Shown in pieces: positions 57,703 to 64,000 of a DNA stretch of 64,000 bases. Position numbers and translations under genes: made by a program. The number at the start of each line of letters is the position of its first letter. The first letter of the stretch is position 1. Source of the DNA: an uncultured Spirochaetota bacterium (GTDB lineage: Bacteria; Spirochaetota; Brevinematia; Brevinematales; JAOACQ01); the NCBI GenBank assembly GCA_963835575.1, contig CAWIGG010000002.1:1664001-1728000 (forward strand), written 5' to 3'. The notes under the pieces are model-generated. The model searched no databases. It was not told the origin of the DNA and was given only the letters and a program-made list of their open reading frames with translations.

Positions 57703-60168
57703 ATGAATGTAATTATCATTAATCTTATCGCAACAATTCTATTCTGCGGATTGGGTTTCCTTGCTGGAAATTATTATACAAAAAAACATATCGCTTACCG
57801 TACAAAATGGGACAAACTGATAAAAAAAGCCGAAGAGGCCGTCATTCTGCTTTTTAAGAATCTTTCACACCCTCAAAAAGCGGATAAAACCCTCTCCAGT
57901 ATTCTGAACATGCTCTCCATTGACGATCTTGTGAATGTCTTGATCCTGCGTTATGACGGTTCTTTCCTGACAAACGTAATGAATAATGAAATCATCTACA
58001 ATGAAAATATAAAAAATCTTCTGTTAGAAAAAAAACAAACGAGCGACGCGAAATACATCTATTATAAAAATAATCCTTTATTCGGCATATTGGAATCTCA
58101 TTTAAAGAAAAAAAACTTCCAACAAGCCGTTGTTTTTCCATATTTACCGGAAATATTCGATGTTGAGTATTTTGTTATTTTTTTCCGCAAAAAAGAAAAA
58201 GATTATTTTAATTCAAATTATTATATTGAATTTATGAACGGGCAGATTTCCATTCTGCTCTACCTTCGCGAGATTCTTTCCGAATATAAGGATAAAGAGG
58301 AATTTATTAACCGTCTCTTTTTTAAAAATCCTATTTCAATGTGCGTAACCGACAGAGTGGGTTCTATTATAAAAAATAATTCCAGTTTTATAAATTTTTC
58401 AGCGAAAGACATGAACCGTATCACACAGGTTATTGATCATTCAACTTTTTCCAGGGTCATTGACGGTCATACGCTGGAAAAAGACACTTTTTACAGCAAT
58501 AGAAATATCAAGATTTACGGAATGCCGCTGCATAATTCAAACGGTATTATTAAAGGCGGAATATTTATTTTACTGGATGAATCCCTCCAGTACCTTCTTT
58601 TAAAAAAACTGGAAGCATCGGAAGAACGCTATAAAAAATTCCTGAAAGAACTCCCCATCGGACTCGCCATTATCAACCAGGACGGTATTATTTATTTTGT
58701 CAATGATAATTTCATCTCTTCCCTGGGTTTTTCAGAAGCGGATAAACTTCAGGGAAACCTTATCCAGAATTATTTCGATATCCCGGATAATAATTTTAAA
58801 GAAATCGCTGATAAAGTCCAGGAACAGGATTTTCTTATCCTTAAGCTCTCACTCAAAAATGATTTCAGCAATAGAAATTATTCTGTTCATCTTCAGAAAA
58901 TACTTCTCGGCGATGTTGAACTGATTGAAGCCACTTTTCAGGATATCAGCCTGGAAAACAAGCTTTATGCCCAGCTGGCGGAAAAAACAAAATTGATTGA
59001 GGAAGAACTTGACACCGCGAGAAAAATATGGAACCACGTTCTATCCATACCGCCGATATATTCTTCACTCATCCGCTTTGAAACATTTTTTAAGCCTTCT
59101 TCACAGCTCGGCGGAGATTTTTGCGATATAATACAGATGGATGATTATCATATCGGGATTATAATGGCTGATGTATCAGGCCATGGCGTCTCTGCATCGC
59201 TCCTCACATCCATGCTTAAAATGCTGGTGGAATTCTCTCCGAAAGAACCGGAAAGAATTGACGACATCATTAATTATTTAAACCTGGTCCTGTTAAAAAT
59301 ACTGCCGGAAGACCAGTATATCACGCTTTTTTACGGTATTATCAATATTAAGGACTACACGCTTGAATACATAAACTGCGGCCATCCGTTCCCCATACTT
59401 TATAATGACAAAACCGGCGATATCGTTATACTGGAAGGAATGACATATCCTCTGGGCATACGAAAGAATGTGCCTTTTCATGACGCCTGCCGGAAAGTGG
59501 ACCTGCCGAGAAACTGTAAGATTTTTGTTTATACAGACGGGATCCTGTCCTTCAGGAAATTGAACCGGATGATGAAAACGGATGACCTGATTGATATTTT
59601 CCAGCAGAGCGTCCAGCTCCGCACTAAGCATGTATTGAACGATATGTACATGAAAATGCTGAAAACCTCAACCCAATTCGCGGATGATGACGTCAGTATG
59701 CTGCTGATCATTCTCAATAAAGACCTTGTTTACAAGAAATTCCTTTCCATACCCAGCAATGTCCTGGAAATAGACAACGCCATACTCAAAATCACCGACA
59801 GCATGAATAAAATTATTCGGCTGGATGACGAGGAAAAGTGGAAAATATACACGGCTCTTTATGAAACTATGATCAACGCTGTGGAGCATGGCAATAAATA
59901 CGGAGCGCAGAAAAGAGTAACGGTTATTTATAGAATATTAAAAAACTGGATCATTATGAAAGTGCGGGATGAAGGCATCGGATTTGATTATAAAAATCTT
60001 CCCAGCCCTCTTGAAGATGATAATATGCTCAAACCTTCAGGCCGCGGTGTTTATATGGTCAAAAAAGTCATGGATAAAATCCGGTTTAACAATGCCGGCA
60101 ATGAAATTACAATGTTTATGCACCTCGGCAGCTCTATGGAAATGGGAGAAAATCTAAATGCCGGATAA
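57703..60168 (+). CDS. Membrane-anchored PAS + SpoIIE/PP2C phosphatase + RsbW-like HATPase fusion
   Basis: N-terminal TM; PAS-like repeats; LGGDF, ADVSGHG, YTDG, DDVS (PP2C); E...NAVEHG, DEG.GFD, GRG (anti-sigma kinase). Confidence 0.88.
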   Translation: MNVIIINLIATILFCGLGFLAGNYYTKKHIAYRTKWDKLIKKAEEAVILLFKNLSHPQKADKTLSSILNMLSIDDLVNVLILRYDGSFLTNVMNNEIIYNENIKNLLLEKKQTSDAKYIYYKNNPLFGILESHLKKKNFQQAVVFPYLPEIFDVEYFVIFFRKKEKDYFNSNYYIEFMNGQISILLYLREILSEYKDKEEFINRLFFKNPISMCVTDRVGSIIKNNSSFINFSAKDMNRITQVIDHSTFSRVIDGHTLEKDTFYSNRNIKIYGMPLHNSNGIIKGGIFILLDESLQYLLLKKLEASEERYKKFLKELPIGLAIINQDGIIYFVNDNFISSLGFSEADKLQGNLIQNYFDIPDNNFKEIADKVQEQDFLILKLSLKNDFSNRNYSVHLQKILLGDVELIEATFQDISLENKLYAQLAEKTKLIEEELDTARKIWNHVLSIPPIYSSLIRFETFFKPSSQLGGDFCDIIQMDDYHIGIIMADVSGHGVSASLLTSMLKMLVEFSPKEPERIDDIINYLNLVLLKILPEDQYITLFYGIINIKDYTLEYINCGHPFPILYNDKTGDIVILEGMTYPLGIRKNVPFHDACRKVDLPRNCKIFVYTDGILSFRKLNRMMKTDDLIDIFQQSVQLRTKHVLNDMYMKMLKTSTQFADDDVSMLLIILNKDLVYKKFLSIPSNVLEIDNAILKITDSMNKIIRLDDEEKWKIYTALYETMINAVEHGNKYGAQKRVTVIYRILKNWIIMKVRDEGIGFDYKNLPSPLEDDNMLKPSGRGVYMVKKVMDKIRFNNAGNEITMFMHLGSSMEMGENLNAG

Positions 60169-61054
60169 AGCTTATCACACCCCGGTAATGCTTCCGGAAA
60201 TATTGGAATCCCTGAACCTGCATAAAAACAGCATCATTATTGATGCGACATGCGGCGAAGGGGGACATTCTGAAGTCATCATACAAAAAATACCGGAAGG
60301 AAAACTCATCTGCATCGACAGAAATGCCCTTATTCTTTCAAGAGCCAGGTCCAGGCTGAATGAATATCAAAATATCAGTTATCACAATACAACCTTTGAT
60401 AAAATTTCCATTATTTTGGCTCAAGAAAAGATATTAAAAGTCGATGGAATATTTGCGGATTTAGGTATATCTCTTTTCCATCTTCAAGGGGACAAAAGCC
60501 TCGGATTCAGCTATACGGATGAAAATTCACTGGATATGAGGCTGGATGAAAGCGCTGAAGTGAGCGCGGCGGATATTGTGAACCGGTTTAATGAAAAGCA
60601 GATAGCAGATATATTGTACATTTACGGCGAAGAGTATGAATCAAGAAAAATAGCCGGGGCAATATGCCGGAACAGGCCTGTTAAAAACGCTTTTGAGCTT
60701 TCGCAGATCATTCTCAGGGCAAAAAGGGAAAGAAAAGGGTCAAAAATTCATCCGGCGGCGAAAAGTTTTCAGGCTTTAAGAATTTTTGTTAATAAAGAAT
60801 TAAAAATTCTCGAAAGTTTTATACCCCAGGCTGTCGATAATCTACAGGAAAACGGAAGGCTGGCAATTATCAGCTATCACTCCCTTGAAGACAGGATAGT
60901 GAAAAACGCCTTCAAGGATCTGGAAAAGGCTGGATTGGGAAGGATTATGACAAAAAAGCCCATGATACCTTCTCAAGACGAAATGAGAAAAAACAGGGCT
61001 GCCAGAAGCGCGAAACTGAGAATCTTTGAAAAAAGAGGACTGCCGAATGAATAA
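60158..61054 (+). CDS. rsmH: 16S rRNA m4C1402 methyltransferase
   Basis: HTPVML.E, DATCGEGGHS, LDMRLD, FQALRI.VN.EL, SYHSLEDRIVK, ARSAKLR. Confidence 0.96.
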   Translation: MPDKAYHTPVMLPEILESLNLHKNSIIIDATCGEGGHSEVIIQKIPEGKLICIDRNALILSRARSRLNEYQNISYHNTTFDKISIILAQEKILKVDGIFADLGISLFHLQGDKSLGFSYTDENSLDMRLDESAEVSAADIVNRFNEKQIADILYIYGEEYESRKIAGAICRNRPVKNAFELSQIILRAKRERKGSKIHPAAKSFQALRIFVNKELKILESFIPQAVDNLQENGRLAIISYHSLEDRIVKNAFKDLEKAGLGRIMTKKPMIPSQDEMRKNRAARSAKLRIFEKRGLPNE

Positions 61055-61409
61055 TACTGGATTTTCCGGTCTTAAGATATTTGTAATTCTTATTTTATTT
61101 GTCGGCTTTTTATTTGTTCTTGTCGAACAGAGGCTTGAATCAAAAGACTATGATATACAGATCAGAGAACTGCAGAAAAAGATAGAAACCCTGAACTCCC
61201 AGAAAAGGGAAATCAGTCTGAGGGTTGACTCGGAACTCCAGAGGATTTCCTCCTATGATTATTCCACTCTCGGTTCGCCCATATCCATGAAAGATGTTAT
61301 TTTTGTTCCCATCAGCGACTTTTCAGGACAAAAAGATGACAATCATTCCAAAAATCCGGGAAAGAACATATTCGATCAGCTTATCACCATTATATTAAGC
61401 GCCTTTTAA
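61047..61409 (+). CDS. FtsL-like cell-division protein
   Basis: Directly after rsmH; one TM helix followed by a coiled coil; assignment mainly positional. Confidence 0.55.
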   Translation: MNNTGFSGLKIFVILILFVGFLFVLVEQRLESKDYDIQIRELQKKIETLNSQKREISLRVDSELQRISSYDYSTLGSPISMKDVIFVPISDFSGQKDDNHSKNPGKNIFDQLITIILSAF

Positions 61410-61420
61410 CCAATTTCAAT

Positions 61421-62209
61421 ATGGATCAAATGAACATAAAACTTACACTCAGTTTTGACGGAAGTTCTTTTTCCGGCTGGCAGAAGCAGAAAAATTCACC
61501 GAGTGTTCAGGGGAAAATAGAACAGGCCCTTTCTGCGGTCTATAAATGTAAAATCGTACTGGCTGGGATCGGAAGAACGGATGCCGGAGCCCATGCAAAT
61601 CAATTTACCGCCAATTTTATTGTAAAAAAAACCGGATTCCCCATTGAAAAGCTCTGTCCGATTCTGAACCGCCGGCTCTATCCCGATATCTGGATTGGAA
61701 ACGCCGAGGAGGTTCCTCTTTCATTTCATTCCAGGTTTTCAGCTTCCGCCCGGGAGTATATATACCAGATCATTCTTCTCCCCCGTTTAACAAAGCGAAA
61801 ACAGCCTTTACTGCCTTTTATATCCCGCTATGCCGGCCTTAGTGAAAGAGAAATCGATATATCACGTCTAAGGGCAGCCTGCCGTTTATTTGCCGGCATT
61901 CATTCTTTCAGGAATTTCTGTTATGGATATAAAAAGGATATGAATTTTATCAGAAAGGTATATTACTTCAGGGCTGCCGATTGCGGAGAAAAAATTATTT
62001 TTTTTATTAAAGGAAGCGGTTTTTTAAAAGGAATGATCCGGTCTCTCATTTCTGTCTGCCTGAACTATGAATCAGGCAAATTGAGCTTGAAAACGATCAA
62101 GCAGGCCCTTGAGAATAAAATCGACCTGCCGGTGGAATTCAAGGTCCCCGTTCCGGCCTGCGGTTTATATTTCAAGAGAGGATACTTTAATAGCCCATCA
62201 GCTTCATGA
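61421..62209 (+). CDS. truA: tRNA pseudouridine(38-40) synthase
   Basis: FDGSSFSGWQ.Q, GRTDAGAHA, FHSRFSA..R.Y.Y, GFL.GMIR. Confidence 0.93.
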   Translation: MDQMNIKLTLSFDGSSFSGWQKQKNSPSVQGKIEQALSAVYKCKIVLAGIGRTDAGAHANQFTANFIVKKTGFPIEKLCPILNRRLYPDIWIGNAEEVPLSFHSRFSASAREYIYQIILLPRLTKRKQPLLPFISRYAGLSEREIDISRLRAACRLFAGIHSFRNFCYGYKKDMNFIRKVYYFRAADCGEKIIFFIKGSGFLKGMIRSLISVCLNYESGKLSLKTIKQALENKIDLPVEFKVPVPACGLYFKRGYFNSPSAS

Positions 62210-63032
62210 TGACAAAGAAAACCGGAGTGGAAAATATCAAGCTGTCAAAACGGTCGAAGAACCCGCCATGTCCCGGCAGAAGATCGCTGGAATCTTTCAT
62301 ATGCGCCCATCGTTTAATGGTAGACTCGCCAAGATCGCCGATAATACTTGCCATAATGACTGAAAAAGCAACAACCGCCATAACCGGCAGAGTAAACTTT
62401 GTAGGCATGGAAAAAATATTCTGTAAGATAAAAATAACAGAGCCGGTTAAAATGCCGAATATAAAAGCCCCGAAAAAACCCTCTACTGTTTTATTAGGGC
62501 TTGACAGGAATTTTACCTTATGCCTTCCGAAAAGTTTTCCAAACAGCCATCCTCCCGTATCCGTTAAAATCGTGATGAGGAGCAGAATTGCAAGAATCCA
62601 TCCGGACATGTCCATTCTTTTAATTAAACCAATTAACGGGGCAAAAATTCCCAGTAATAAATAACTGAACAGGGAGAGAGTAATACTTTCCATCGACATC
62701 TCAAAATTTCCAGAGACCGATTCAATAACTATTAATGTTAAAATATATACGGTGATAAGGCCCAGCTGGATTACAAATAAGTAAGACATATCATAAGCAT
62801 TCATTCCATAGAGAAAAAAACTGATAAAGCTGAGAGTTAAAGCGATGGAATGAATCCAGAGATTGAATTTGCAGCCTTTTTTTTCAGCCAGGTTCGCGAT
62901 TTCATATGCGATAACAAGAGCGACCAGTAACACGGCTATAAATACAGGCAAACCGTTGAATGTACTTGTGAAAACAACCCATGCCCCCAGCGGCAAAATG
63001 ATCAGTACAGTGATTAATCTTTTCCAGGTCAT
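62187..63032 (-). CDS. cdsA: Phosphatidate cytidylyltransferase
   Basis: DTGGW.FG..FG, SPNKTVEG, GDL.ES..KR....KDS..LLPGHGG..DRFDS. Confidence 0.95.
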   Translation of the reverse strand: MTWKRLITVLIILPLGAWVVFTSTFNGLPVFIAVLLVALVIAYEIANLAEKKGCKFNLWIHSIALTLSFISFFLYGMNAYDMSYLFVIQLGLITVYILTLIVIESVSGNFEMSMESITLSLFSYLLLGIFAPLIGLIKRMDMSGWILAILLLITILTDTGGWLFGKLFGRHKVKFLSSPNKTVEGFFGAFIFGILTGSVIFILQNIFSMPTKFTLPVMAVVAFSVIMASIIGDLGESTIKRWAHMKDSSDLLPGHGGFFDRFDSLIFSTPVFFVIMKLMGY

Positions 63033-63049
63033 ATTAGTATCCTTTTTAA

Positions 63050-63781
63050 TTATTTTATCCCTCCGAACCTTCTCTGCCTTTTCTGGAATTCATTTATAGC
63101 CCGGCAAAAATCCCTTCCATTGAAATCCGGCCAGCATTTTTTTGTAAACCAGAACTCTGAATAACTGGATTGCCAGATTAAAAAATTGCTGATCCTGTAT
63201 TCGCCGCTGGTACGGATGATAAGATCAACGCCCGGCAATTCCGGCTGATAGAGGTATTTTTCAAAATCCGCTTCATGAATATTATTAAGGTCTACCTTAC
63301 CGCTTTTATAATCAAGCGCCAGTTTTTTCGCGGCATCCAGAATTTCTCTTTTACCGCCGTAATTGAACACAATATCCAGGACATAAGAACGGCAGTTCTT
63401 TGTCTTAATGACAGATCCTTCAAGAAGCTTTACCAGATTATTATCCAGGCCTTCTTTTATTCCCGTAATGATCAGGCGGATATCATTTTTAATGAGCGTC
63501 TCTGTATATTCCAAGACCAGATTTTTTGCCAGATCCATCAGGAAGGAAACTTCCGCTTTCGGCCTCTGCCAGTTTTCGGTCGAAAAGGCATAGACGGAAA
63601 TATATTTGATCCCTACTTTTTTATTAAATTCTATAATATTTTTTAATACTTTATATCCTTTAATATGGCCCTGGACCCTGGGCAGATTTCTTTTCTTTGC
63701 CCATCTCCCGTTGCCGTCCATAATGATGCCGACATGGGCCGGCAAAGCCTTTTCATCAATATCATAAGAATAAAGCCGCAT
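63050..63781 (-). CDS. uppS: Undecaprenyl diphosphate synthase
   Basis: HVGIIMDGNGRWA, YAFSTENW.RP, DLIIRTSGE.RISNFL.WQ. Confidence 0.96.
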   Translation of the reverse strand: MRLYSYDIDEKALPAHVGIIMDGNGRWAKKRNLPRVQGHIKGYKVLKNIIEFNKKVGIKYISVYAFSTENWQRPKAEVSFLMDLAKNLVLEYTETLIKNDIRLIITGIKEGLDNNLVKLLEGSVIKTKNCRSYVLDIVFNYGGKREILDAAKKLALDYKSGKVDLNNIHEADFEKYLYQPELPGVDLIIRTSGEYRISNFLIWQSSYSEFWFTKKCWPDFNGRDFCRAINEFQKRQRRFGGIK

Positions 63782-63787
63782 ACTCCT

Positions 63788-64000
63788 TCAGACTTCCATA
63801 ATCTCTTTTTCTTTTTTACCTACCAGCTCATCAATATTCTTAATATGATTATCAGTCACTTTCTGGATCTCATCCAGTTCTTTTCTTTCGTCATCCTCGC
63901 TGATATGCCCATCCTTTGTCATTTTTTTCACATGTGCATTGATGTCCCTTCTTTCATTTCTGATCGCGACCTTGATCTCTTCAGCAACTTCCTTTATCTT
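63788..64000 (-). CDS. frr: Ribosome recycling factor (C-terminal part; 5' end outside the window)
   Basis: Translates ...AEEIKVAIRNERRD...ISEDDE...IQKVTD...KKEKEIMEV*; canonical frr-uppS-cdsA order. Confidence 0.93.
   Translation of the reverse strand, partial: KIKEVAEEIKVAIRNERRDINAHVKKMTKDGHISEDDERKELDEIQKVTDNHIKNIDELVGKKEKEIMEV

Noticed and set aside
1..64000. CRISPR array or rRNA
   Set aside because: No regularly spaced direct repeats, cas genes or rRNA-like sequence seen

Overview
AT-rich bacterial chromosome window, most likely a spirochaete (inference from two P13-like porin paralogues, a tRNA-Arg(GCG) and a sigma54-driven alternative sigma70 gene). Both flanks are housekeeping. Left: truB, HU, HD-GYP, sigma70, DJ-1, gatC, trmB, add and three tRNAs. 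Right: a PAS/PP2C/anti-sigma kinase fusion, rsmH, ftsL-like, truA, cdsA, uppS, frr. The centre (about 13.2-57.7 kb) is bracketed by a direct repeat of the tRNA-Ser(CGA) 3' end (16 bp perfect, 18/19), so it reads as a ~44.5-kb tRNA-integrated genomic island with no recognisable integrase. The island carries a large type II FAS/PKS lipid cluster of aryl-polyene/flexirubin-like and 'ladderane-candidate'-like composition: 4 ketosynthases, 2 CLF-like partners, 2 ACPs, FabG, hotdog dehydratase/thioesterase, aromatic ammonia-lyase plus aryl-CoA ligase, three B12-binding radical SAM enzymes, two phytoene-dehydrogenase-like flavoproteins, acyltransferases, GT2, deacetylase, methyltransferase and a Lol-like exporter. 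Mobile DNA includes two near-identical IS5-family copies, one IS1380-family element and several nested MITE-like inverted repeats. Three frameshifts suggest island decay or sequencing error. Product assignments come from motif recognition by eye; no database searches were run.
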